Notes under the pieces: generated by a model
The model's database searches: none
The model's input: the letters and a program-made list of their open reading frames with translations, nothing else
What the model was told of the DNA's origin: nothing
Translations under genes and position numbers: made by a program
From: Azolla caroliniana
Taxonomy: Eukaryota > Plantae > Polypodiophyta
Assembly: GCA_043228905.1 (NCBI GenBank)
Contig: JBHGNT010000017.1
Span: 18,600,001 to 18,664,000, forward strand
DNA length: 64,000 bases
Direction: 5' to 3'
In this document: positions 23,591 to 35,479 of the stretch, piece by piece
Numbering within the stretch: the first letter of the stretch is position 1
Layout of the letters: each line of letters begins with the position of its first letter

Positions 23591-26543
23591 GGGAAATGAT
23601 ATTATATTATGAGAAACAAGGTTACAAAGAGTAGGCTAAGGGCTAAAGACTGGTGTTGAACCGAATGAGTTGTGATGAATGTATAAACACCTATTTATAG
23701 ATCCTTATAGAATATTATAGAATGTTCTAGAATATTTTAGATATTTATGATAATAAATATAATCACGAAATATATTCAAGAATGTTCTAAAATATTCCAA
23801 ATATCTTGTAATAACTAAAAATATAATTATTATGGCTACACCATATATCTTATTACAATGGTTAAAGGTTCAACACATAGACCAAGAAGTTTTGGGTTCG
23901 ACTTCTACTAAACCAAAATGTATGTCTTCATGACACCACTCACATGTACAACGAGAAAAAATAAAACTCACTTCTCTTTATTATGACAGATAATATGCTT
24001 CTTACTCCCACACCATTTACCCTTGTCCTTAGATTCCAAAAATAAGGTAATTGCTTCATTTTCTCTAATTTACACCAATAGACCTATAGGACAACCCTGA
24101 TTCCTAAGGTCCTTGTACTATAGAATTGTAAGATAGGAACGGAAATGCGATCAAATAAAATAGCCCTCCTCGACCCTCAATAATATGCTTCTAATCTCCA
24201 CACCATCAACACTCACTCGCCTATTAGCACCAAAATCCTTGTAAGAGAATACGTTGTGCAGAAGCGTATGCGAAACACAGAGTACACAGTTCGGAGAACT
24301 CAGAAAACACAGAGATGGAGATGGAGAGAGAGAGAGAGAGAGAGAACAGACAACTCAGATTTATTTCAAAGTAATGACTCTCTATACATAAAACGTGCTC
24401 AACCACACAATTTATACAAGTCCTAAGAGGACTGACAGGAGTACCGCGTACTTCAATGCTCATACGAGCGTTTGACACTAACTACGAGACTATTAACTAC
24501 CTAGTAGTCTAGGCTACTACTAGGCTTCTGGTTACTGTTTGATCTAGCTAACCGGCTCCCCAGCTCACCGGCTCGCCGATCCGGTTTCATCCTTCTGGAT
24601 GCCGATCCGGATCCGGTTGAGCTTGCCGCTCAACACTCCCCCTCAAGCTCAACTTGAGGTCGGATCGTAGTGTCAGTCTTCATGGCAACCGGTCCTTCCA
24701 CTAGGCTCCTTCTGGCATCACTCCACCTCGCTCGCGCTCCTTGCCCGGTCTGGTCCCGTTTGTTGTGACCCCTCTGGCTCTGCGCGCCTCAACCTCCTCG
24801 GTCGGCTTGTCTGCTCAACATGCCCAATTCAACTCCCTCGCTGTTGTGACTTCGGCTCTTGCCGATTCGTTGATTCCTTTGTGTTGGCGTCGACTTTCAC
24901 TGCCTTCTCATCCTCTTGGCCTTGAATTGATCTGATTCTTCCGAATCCGTCTGTTGACCCAAATCGGTTGTCTCCGATTCGTTCCATCTCTTGTCTGAAT
25001 CGGTTACTCCCGATTCGTCTTCCGGTTCCAAGCACTTCACCTCATCGGACCATGTCCGGATCTTGGCCTTCTTCTTCCGGTCGGCTCTGTCCTTCTTGAC
25101 TCTGCCGCCACTGTCGCTTGTTCCGACTTGTTCGGATGTGTCAACTTCCTTTGTCGACTCGGATCCTTTCTTCTTCTTGTCTCTCCCCTTGTCAGTTCTT
25201 CCCTTACCGGCGCAATCAACAGTCTCTTTGCCTTTGCCCGTTCCGGTGTCGTTGCCCATTCTCCCCCTCAAGTATGGCACGTCAAGATGTTGAACACCAA
25301 GCATTTCGATGAAGTGTTGCAACTTGTCCAATCCAAGCGGTTTGGTGAAGATGTCGGCAACTTGCCAATCCGTATGAACATACCGAAGTTCGACTTCACC
25401 GCTCAAGACACGCTCACGCATGAAGTGGTAGTGCACTTCTATGTGCTTTGTGCGAACATGGAATACGGGGTTCTTGGCGAGCTACATGCTACTTATGTTG
25501 TCACAGTAGATCAGGATCGGGGTTGGCACCTCGATCTGCAGGTCCTGTAGCAATCGTCGAAGCCAAATTGGCTTCACAAGTGGCAACAATAGCGCCCCGG
25601 TATTCAACCTCAGTGCTCGAAAGGGCCACTGTTGGCTGCTTTTTGCTGCTCCACGCAACAGCCGCCCTACCAAGGGAAAACATATAGCAAGAGGTGGATC
25701 GGTGATCCGATGCATCGCCGGCCCAGTCGGCATCGGTGTAGCCGACGAGCTCTTCGGTTATACCATGCCGGTATAACAATCCTCGGTCCTTCGTGCCGCT
25801 CACATATCGCAAAATTCGATGTGCGCACAAAAGGTGCTCCACGGTTGGCTTCTACATATATTGGCTAATCACGCCGACTGGATAACTGATGTCGGGTCGG
25901 GTAATTGTCAAGTATATAAGGCTTCCGAAAATTTGTCAGAACCGCTTCTCATCGCAAGCCGGTCCGGAGTCGAGACGGAGCTTCTGGTTCCGGTCTAAGA
26001 GTGTGGAGATCGGTCGGCATTCCGTCATGCCGAACTTGTACAGCATATTCAACACATAGTGTCTTTGTGAGACCAATATGCCGTCGGGGGTTCGGATCAC
26101 CTCGATCCCAAGGAAATAGTGAAGGTCCCCCAGGTCCTTCATGTCAAGATTCGAACTCTTGACACGACCATGTTATAATCTAGTATTATGAGTTAACCAA
26201 GATATCTAGTACTAGTTATGTATGTAATTGGTCCTTATTATTTTGCTAGCATCATGTGCATAGTTGCTCCCTTGTAGTATTTACACTTGGCACATGCATG
26301 CATACCTACATGCTCTATTGTAGATTCACATGCGTGCAACAAGTATGCATGCCATGTAGTATAAATAGAGGAGTTCACCTTGAAGGAATTCAAGGTGAAC
26401 AACACCAGTTATGGAGTCTTTCCTTTAATACTATCTTCTTTCTTGTCCATTTGGTTATCTTCTTGCTTGTCTCTTGAGCTTATGATCCGTGACAGTTTGT
26501 TCACCTTCCATCTTCATAGCTCTCCCTCTCATAAGCCATAGCT

Positions 26544-27560
26544 ATGTCCGACTCAACTAGTGAGTTAGGCCAAATAAGGGTAGCCTTACGACAACTGCAG
26601 CTTGAAAATGAAGCTCTTCGAAATTCTTTACAAGAACTTCAAGTCGGTACCTCCCTATCCTCACAACCCCCGAACCCTAGTCTCCCACAACAACCTAGCC
26701 TAGAGCCCGATCTTCTACCAACATCTAGCCTAGCTTCGTCACAGTTTCTTGAGCCTAAGGTTAGCCTCCCAGAAAAATTTGATGGAACGAGGTTGCGTTT
26801 CCGAGGGTTCATCAACCAAGTTCGACTTATCATTCGGCTACAACCTCAACGTTATGGAGCTGGTCTTCGACAAGTCGGCCTTGTGGGCACCCTTCTCTCC
26901 GGTCCGGCCCAAGCTTGGTATGCACAATTGGTAGAAACCTCATCACCTTTATTGGAGGACTTTCCCACCTTCCTCGTCGAGTTAGAGGCCACATTTGGAG
27001 AGACGGACCGACGACGTACAGCTCTTAACAAGATTTATGCACTCGAACAAGGTTCACATGCAACTTCGGTCTATGCTTCCGAATTTCGACAACTAGCATG
27101 CGACGTCAATTGGGATGATCAAGCTTTAGCTGATCACTTTCGGCGCGGCCTTCGAAGCAATGTCAAGAATCTTCTCTTAAACTTTCCGGAGCCCACCTCG
27201 TTATCCCAAGCGATTTCACAAGCAGTCCATTGTGACAATTGTCTTTTCGAATTTCGCCAAGAAGAGCGCCGGACTTGGGTTCCACCTCATTCACTTCCAC
27301 GCCACACCCCGGTCATACAACCCCAAGCATCCTCACACTCGCCTACTTCGGCAGATGCTCCTGTCCCCATGGAAATTGATCAAGCCCGATTTCAGCCATT
27401 GACTGATGCTGAACGACAATTTCGGCGGGCTAATGGCTTGTGCATGTATTGTGGCGCCTCCGGTCATGTCGTTCGCCATTGTCCTAGGAGTACTCGCCCA
27501 CAATTCCATTGAGCTAACGAACCCCAACATCCGGAAAACGACATCGTTCGGTTGCAATAG
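26544..27560 (+). pseudogene. Gag of element C (premature TGA at 27510; probable natural stop at 27558-27560)
   Basis: PEKFDGTR, PVPMEID, CMYCGASGHVVRHC zinc knuckle. Confidence 0.85.
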
Positions 27561-27586
27561 GAGCCATGCAACTGGACATCTCCCGT
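27533..27586 (+). promoter_or_regulatory. Putative -1 frameshift signal (G GAA AAC plus pseudoknot), element C
   Basis: Heptamer in gag frame, 6-nt spacer, 11-bp stem 27546-27556/27567-27577, loop GGAG pairs with CTCC 27580-27583; protease lies in the -1 frame. Confidence 0.75.
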
Positions 27587-30500
27587 CGCCCACATTCTCT
27601 TGGTTCCATTGCCGGACCATCAGGCAATTTCACATTGGAGGTATGGCTTTCGTTTAACTCTAGTTCCATTCAGTCTGTTGCTTTACTTCATTCTGGGGCA
27701 TCTTCTTGCTTCATCGACGTCGCGTTTGCCCAAGCACATGGAGTACCTATCGTTGCCTCTCAAAACCCATTCCAGTTGAAGCCATCGACGGGTGCGTCCT
27801 CTCGTCAGGTGCAATTACTCAAGCTACAATCCCATTAGGGCTTCGGGTGGGCTCACACCAGGAGGAGCTCACCTTTTACCTCATCGCATCTCCTCGACAT
27901 CCGATCGTCTTAGGACTAACGTGGTTGGAGGCGCACAATCCAATAGTGGATTGGTGCAACCACTCGATCACATTTAGCAAGCCAAGATTCTCGTGCAAAA
28001 GTATGAAAGTAAATTTAGTTTCCTATCCTTCGGAGACGGTCGACTCCAAATTGACTACCCCAGCATCGGTCCAGGATGGGTTTGTTTGTGGCGCCATTTC
28101 TAACACACTCCATGTTATTCCCGAAAAATACCAACACTTCTCCGACGTATTTGAAAAATGTAATGCTGATCGTTTGCCTGAACACTAGCTCTACGACTGT
28201 CCGATTGATCTTCAAGAAGGTGTGTGTCCACCCTTTGGTCCTCTATATGCGTTGTCTGCACCAGAGTTGAAGGCCCTTCGTGTGTATCTCAATGAGAACC
28301 TCGAGAAAGGATTTATTCAACCTTCTAAGTCACCAGCCGGGGCCCCCATTTTATTTGTGAAGAAGAAGGACGGCTCTCTACGCTTATGCGTCGACTACCG
28401 AGGTCTCAACAAACTCACTGTGCGCAACCGCTATCCGCTACCTCTGATCCCCGAACTACTTGATCGGCTCCGAGTTGCGCGTGTCTTCTCCAAAGTCTAT
28501 CTACGTGGAGCGTACAATCTAGTACGCATCAAGCCGGGGGATGAATGGAAAACCGCATTTCGAACACGGTATGGGCATTTCGAATACAAGGTAATGCCTT
28601 TTGGTCTTACTAACGCTCCCGCAGTTTTTCAACATATGATGAACGATATTTTCCGGGAATATCTTGATCTTTTTGTTGTCATTTACCTCGATGATATTCT
28701 CATTTTCTTGCCAAACATGGAGGAGCACACTCGCCAAGTCCGATTAGTTCTTGCCAAACTTCGCGAGCATGGCCTTTATGCCAAAGGCGAGAAATGCAAG
28801 TTCGACCGTACCTCGATCGAATTTCTGGGCTACATCATCTCGCCCACTGGCATCACCATGGATATGAAGAAGGTCTCTATCATTCAGGCGTGGGCGACTC
28901 CAAGGCGACTTAAAGATGTGCAATCCTTCCTCGGCTTCGCGAATTTTTACCGTCGCTTCATCAAGGGGTTTTCCACCCTAGCACAACCTCTTATCGCTCT
29001 CACCCATAAAGGCACTCCATTTTTATGGACCTCGGAGGCACAAAATGCGTTCGACTCACTCAAACACGCATTCATCACTGCCCCGGTGCTGCTACATGCC
29101 GACCCCACAAAACCCTTCCAAGTCGAAACCGATGCCTCTGACTTTGCCATTGGCGCCATCTTATCCCAGGCAGACAACAACAACCTAATGCACCCAGTGG
29201 CTTACTATTCCCGAAAATTTACGGCATCCGAAATCAATTATCCCATTTACGACAAGGAGCTTGCTACTATCATTGTTGCCTTTGAAGAATGGCGACCCTA
29301 CTTGGCCGGCGCACAACATCGTGTCCAGGTAGTGACTGATCATAAAAATTTAGTTTATTTTTCCACCACTCGTACATTGAATCGAAGGCAGGCCCGTTGG
29401 TCGACATTTCTTGCCGACTACGATTTTGAGATCGTATTTCGACCTGGTGGCCAACATGGGAAGGCTGATGCCCTTTCTCGCCAAGCTGACCTTGCACTCC
29501 ACCCTGGGGATGTTGCTTATGCTCAACAATCTAGACGTTTGTTGAAACCCGACCAATTGCATCTTTTTGCCACTTGTATGTTGCAGGATGATTCTTTACT
29601 CCAACAAATCACTACTGCATCCAAGACCAATGCGTTCGCCAACGAGATTCGAGATAGTCTGCAAAACCCCTCCAAGGCGACCAAAAGGAAGGATCTTGAC
29701 ACCTTCACCATACAAGAGGGTTTGTTGTTCCGAGATCATCTCTTATACGTCCCAGAGGGCCCATGTCGCACCCGGGTGTTGCGAGAATGCCACTATGACC
29801 CACTTGCAGGTCATTTCGGGGTCGCGAAAACCCTCGAGCTAATCTCTCGGGGGTATTGGTGGCCACAACCATGGAAGCTGGTCAAAGAATACATAAAGAG
29901 TTGTGAGGTTTGTGCTCGCTCCAAAGCCATTCATCATCGGCCATACGGCTTACTACAGCCACTTCTATGTCCTCGTCGTCCTTGGGCCTCTATCTCTATG
30001 GACCTGATAACTGATCTACCCTTGGTCAATAGCTATGACTCAGTGTTGGTCGTTGTCGATTGGTTTACGAAGATGGCTCACTTCACTCCATGCTCCAAAA
30101 CCATTTCCGGAGAAGGAATGGTGCATCTCCTACTCAACAATGTGGTACGCTTGCATGGACTCCCCGACGATGTCATCTCGGATCGCGGACCCCAGTTTGT
30201 CTCTCACTTCTGGCAGCGCCTGCTACAAAATTTAGGCATCTCTGTCAAGTTGTCCTCCGCTTATCACCCCCAAACTGACGGGCAAACGGAGCGTATCAAC
30301 CAAATCCTTGAGCAGTATCTTCGGTGCTCGGTTAGTTACCAACAAGATGATTGGGTCAACTTACTTTCGCTCGCGGAATTCGCCTACAATAATTCTCTCC
30401 ATGCATCAACTGGTGTCACTCCCTTCTTTGCCAACTACGGTTTACATCCTCGCTTCAACATTTCCCTTCCTACCACTTCCGTGAACCCTTCGGCGGAGGA

Positions 30501-31113
30501 TCGCGCCCGCATTTTGGAAGAACTACATCATGATTTATCCTTGGAGCTCAGTCTTGCTAGTGAACGATACAAGACGCAGGCTGATCGCCATCGATCTTCC
30601 ACTCCACACTTTGTCGTTGGAGACATGGTCTGGTTGTTACGTCGACACATCTCTACTACTCGTCCATGTGCGAAACTTGATTACAAGAAGTTGGGACCAT
30701 TCCGTATCATCGAGTGCATCAATCCCGTCGCCTTCCAGCTCGCCCTTCCATCCCACTTCCGGATTCACGATGTTTTTCATGTCTCCCTCCTCGAACCCCA
30801 TTATGCTTCACAACTCCCAGGACGTCAAGCCCCACCACCACCACCTGTGCAATTGACGATAGGGGAGGAATACGAGGTCGACCAAATCCTTAACTCGCGT
30901 TGGCACCGTCGACACTTGCAATACCTCGTCCTATGGAGGGGTTACCCCATGTCTGAGGCCACATGGGAACCATCGGCAAATTTACAAAATGCCCCAGAGG
31001 TCGTCCAAGATTTTCATCACCGATATCCCCACAAACCAGTGGCCGATTTGGGAAGGCGGCGTAGGAGGGGGGATAATGTCAAGATTCGAACTCTTGACAC
31101 GACCATGTTATAA
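27539..31113 (+). pseudogene. Pol (PR-RT-RH-IN-chromodomain) of element C; 963-aa open segment 28222-31113
   Basis: YLDD, ETDASDFAIG, SDRGPQF, HPQTDGQTER, chromodomain EYEVDQIL...YLVLWRGY...ATWEP; lesions in PR and RT. Confidence 0.9.
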
Positions 31114-34100
31114 TCTAGTATTATGAGTTAACCAAGATATCTAGTACTAGTTATGTATGTAATTGGTCCTTATTATTTTGCTAGCATCATGTGCATAGTT
31201 GCTCCCTTGTAGTATTTACACTTGGCACATGCATGCATACCTACATGCTCTATTGTAGATTCACATGCGTGCAACAAGTATGCATGCCATGTAGTATAAA
31301 TAGAGGAGTTCACCTTGAAGGAATTCAAGGTGAACAACACCAGTTATGGAGTCTTTCCTTTAATACTATCTTCTTTCTTGTCCATTTGGTTATCTTCTTG
31401 CTTGTCTCTTGAGCTTATGATCCGTGACACTTCATCTCAAATGCATCCGACAATTGGGACTTGACTCGGTTGATTTCATCAAGTCCGGGTCCAGTGATGA
31501 CTAGATCATCAACATACAGTGAGATGCAAACCGGACCGTCTGGACCTTGCCGGATGAACAACGAAGAATCGGACTTGGAGGCCGCAAACCCCATCTTACG
31601 CAACCGGTGCCTGATCTTCGCATTTCAAGCTCAGGGGGCTTGCTTCAGGACATAAAGTGACTTCTTCAGCCAGCATACCGCCAACTTGTTCATCTCCTTC
31701 TGGAAACCCGGAGGTTGGGTCATAAAGACCTCTTCTTCAAGATCTCCTTGAAGAAATGCATTCTTCGCGTCCATCTGGTGAAGATGCCACTCCCTTGCCG
31801 CAACAACCACCAGCACCACACGAACCGTCATCATCTTCGCTACTGGGGCGAAGGTCTCATCGTAGTCGATTCCGTGGGTCTGCGCGTATCCCTTCGCCAC
31901 TAACCGGGCCTTGTACCGGTTAACCGATCTGTCGGCATTGTACTTTACTTTGTACACCCACTTACATCCGATCAGTTTACAGTGTCGGGGAGGGTCAACT
32001 AGGTCCCATGTGTTGTTGGCATCAAGTACTCGCATTTCTTCCTCTATAGTGGGACACCAATTTGCATCCTTTGCCGCTTCTGTGTAGCTCTCCGACTCAC
32101 GCACTTCTGCCACCCTGGTCATGTACGCATAGTGATGCGCCATGTACTCATTGTAGCCATACCACTTCACGGGGTTCTTCGGCCAGGAACACTGGCATAA
32201 CCTATCGTTACCCGGTTTGAGGCCCTTCTTGGCCGGTTCGAACTTCATTATCGAAGGTCCACCTTCAACTTTTCCGGAGTAGGATTCGCTCCGATCCGAC
32301 TCAACGTTGCTGGTTTCGTATTCTGGCATCTTCTTCTTCCCCTTCTCTTTGCGCATGAACCGTCTCCTCAGTTCCTTGCGTGGTGAGAGCACGGCAGAGT
32401 CTCCATTACTCGCCGGCTCCTCATCTAACTGGTCATCCCGACTCAGTCACTCGTTCGGTCCACTCAACCGAAACGAATTAGGACTCTCATCATCTAGAGT
32501 CTCGAACCCTTCATCTTCTAACTGGACCGGTTCAAGCTCACTAGCCTCATCCTCTAATATCGGGTCGGGGTCAGAAGTCGGAGCCGGTAAGGCATACCAT
32601 GATGCCGTCTCATCAAACTCAACATCCCTGCTAACTCGGACCTGCTTCGTCCGAGGGTTATAACACTTGTACCCCTTTTGCTCATGTGAGTAACCGACTA
32701 AGATGCACTTCTCCGACTTTGCATCCAACTTCCTCCGCTTATCATCCGGTACATGCACATATGCAATGCTACCGAATATCCGAAGGTGTTTCAAATTTGG
32801 CTTGCGCCCGAAATACAACTCATGCGTGGACACCTTGTCACCAATTCAGTTTTGGATGTAGACGACCGTCTGGACCGCCTCCGCCCAGTAGAAATGGGGC
32901 ATGCTCTTCTCTTCCAGCATTGCCCTTGCCGCGTCGACGATCGACCGGTTCTTCCTTTCGGCCACACCATTTTCTCCGGTGTGTATCTGCAGCTGAACTC
33001 TCTCCGAATTCCTTTTTGCTGCAGATAACCATTGAATTGGCCGGAAAAATATTATTTTCCGCCATCCGACCGCAAGCACTTGATCTTCCTCTCTATTTCC
33101 CGTTCAACTAGGTTTTGCAGGTTTCGGAAACACTCGAAGAATTCGCTCTTCCGCTCAATGAGGTAGATCCATGTGTGCCAACTGTAGTCGTCGATGAAGG
33201 AGACGAAATATCGACTCCCGCCAAGACTCACGTTCTGTGCCGGTCCCCATACATCCGAATGGATTAGATCGAGCTTGTTACGGCTCCGGTTTCGTTCGGT
33301 GGGGAATGGAAGCCGGTGTTGCTTCTAGAGTTGGCAGGCTTCACATATTTTAGCCTTCTGACCACTGAACTTCGGCAAACCGAAAACAACTTGTTTCGTT
33401 TGCAAGTCTTGAAGCCTCCGGTAATTGATGTGGCCGATCTGCTTGTGCTAGAGATCAATATCCAACTCAATCTTCTGTCCTTTGGTGAACAAAGCGGTGC
33501 CGACGTCATTGGTGTCGAGGATAAACATCATCCCGTCTCTGCGCCCTTGCGCAATGATTTGGCCCTCTTCCTCGATGAAGCACCCTAGGTGCGTAAACCA
33601 CACCTGCATCCCATGGTCGACAATCTGTCCAACCGACACCAAGTTGTTCATGATGGTCGGAACGTGTAATACGTTCATCAACTTCCCCCTCTGTCCGACG
33701 TGGCTCAAAGGGACTTCTCCGATATGCACGATAGGGTGTGGAGTGTCGTCTCCGGTTTCGACAAGTCCTGGTTGTTCTGATTTCTCCAAGAAGGAGAACC
33801 ACTCTCTGTGGCTCGTCATGTGATTTGATGCACCAGAATCAACATACCACACTTCCTCCGATTTGGAAGTGGTCTTCTTCATTGAGTTAGCTTTGTGTTT
33901 CATCACCAAGGCTGGCCCTTTACCGGCTTTTCCGGTTTTGGATCCTCCCGATCCTTCTGCGTAGTGCGAGTATTGCTGGTTCTCTCTGTCGGCCTTGCCG
34001 GATCCGGATCTGTCCGAATCGGCGTGCTTCTTCCAGCACTCCCTTTCTCTATGGCCCTTTTTACCACAGTACCAGCATTCCATGTCGGCCTTTGCTTGCC

Positions 34101-35479
34101 AGCCTCCGGCGCCGCCTTGACTCCCCCTGCTTGTGGAGGGCCCGAAACTGCTGTCGGCACGCTCTCTGTGCCTTCGGTTCTACTCTTGCCAACCGCTACC
34201 ATTGCGAGCCGACCCGCCTCATCCACCACGCCCATGGGGACGATCCGCCTCCGTGTACAGCATCCGGTTGTCGGTGAGTGCACTTGTTGACGCACCGACG
34301 TGGTTCTCCTCTACAAGGAGCATCGACTGTAAGTTGAAAAATGACGGCGTATTCTACCTCGTACAGACTGTCATTCGGAAAGTTCCGAACTTGCACGCTA
34401 GCCCACCAAGACAAACCTACACCATTTTGTCCTCCTCGACGTTCACGTTGATGGAGGCAAGAGAGTCGCAGATTTCCTTTATTTGAGCCGTATAATCGGC
34501 CACAGACAGATCTTTCTGTCGGACATTACTGAGCTCCTGTCTGAGCTGCAGTTTCCTGGCCATTGTGCTTGCGGCGAAAAGCTTTTTGAGATTTTCCCAC
34601 ACGTCCTTCGGCGTCTTGGCATCCCGAATATAGCTCAAAAGCTAATCGCTCACATAGGACGCGAAGCAGTACAACACTCTGCTTGCCGCTTGTTCCCAAG
34701 CCGAATAGTCCCTATGTGTCGAGTCGGGTGCCACATCGTTTGCTCCTTCGACATAACTCCATTAGCCGTGACCGAACAGGTACTGGTGCATCTTGTACGA
34801 CCAAGATGCGTAGTTGCTCCTGTCAAGCTTTTCAGTCGGAAGTGAGCTTCCCATACCTCTATCCATATTGTTCAACTCTGTTTTGTCGCAAGCTTTTCTT
34901 GTCGGCTGTAGAGGACTTCAACCCTCACGCTCTGATACCATGTAAAAGAATACATTGTGCGGAAGTGTATGCGAAACACAGAGTACACAGTTCGGAGAAC
35001 TCAAAAAACACAGAGATGGAGATGGAGAGAGTGAGAGAGAGCAGACAACTCAGATTTATTTCAAAGTAATGACTCTCTATACATAAAACGTGCTCAACAG
35101 CACTATTTATACAAGTCCTAAGAGGACTGACAGAAGTACCGCGTACTTCAATGCTCATATGAGCGTCTGACACTAACTACGAGACTATTAACTACCTAGT
35201 AGTCTAGGCTACTACTAGGCTTCCGGTTACTGTTTGATCCAGCTAACCGGCTCCCCAGCTCACCGGCTTGCCAATCCGGCTTCATCCTTTTGGATGCCGA
35301 TCCGGCTCAGGCTTATTCAACCGATCTAGATTTGGTTGAGCTTGCCGCTCAACAATCCTACACATACAAAAAAAGAATGAATCTACTCTCCTTATCTCCT
35401 CATGAAAATATGTGTCAGCCCCCGACACCATCATCACTCATCCTTATCTAAAATAGAAAATATGCTTCATTTTCTATAT

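Larger units (their letters stand above)
3541..23935 (-). mobile_element. Tcn1-like chromovirus A (degenerate), carrying three nested insertions
   Basis: 3' LTR 3541-3959 with PPT; chromodomain/IN 3960-4816 and 13388-13803; RH/RT/PR/gag 15587-18800; PBS 18926-18936; 5' LTR 18939-23935 split by a LINE. Confidence 0.8.
26142..31429 (+). mobile_element. Structurally complete Tcn1-like chromovirus C
   Basis: 353-bp LTRs 26142-26494 and 31077-31429 that look identical; TSD CTTCA; PPT GGAGGGGGGATAA; inserted in the copia RT. Confidence 0.95.
24240..35354 (-). mobile_element. Full-length Ty1/copia retrotransposon (degenerate), with nested chromovirus C
   Basis: LTRs 24240-24635 and 34941-35354; TSD ATCCT on both sides; PBS TGGTATCAGAGC (tRNA-iMet) 34929-34940; PPT 24636-24647; order gag (CWYCGKKGH), PR (VDSGAS), IN, RT ([13 protein letters not shown]), RH (YCDN). 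Confidence 0.95.
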
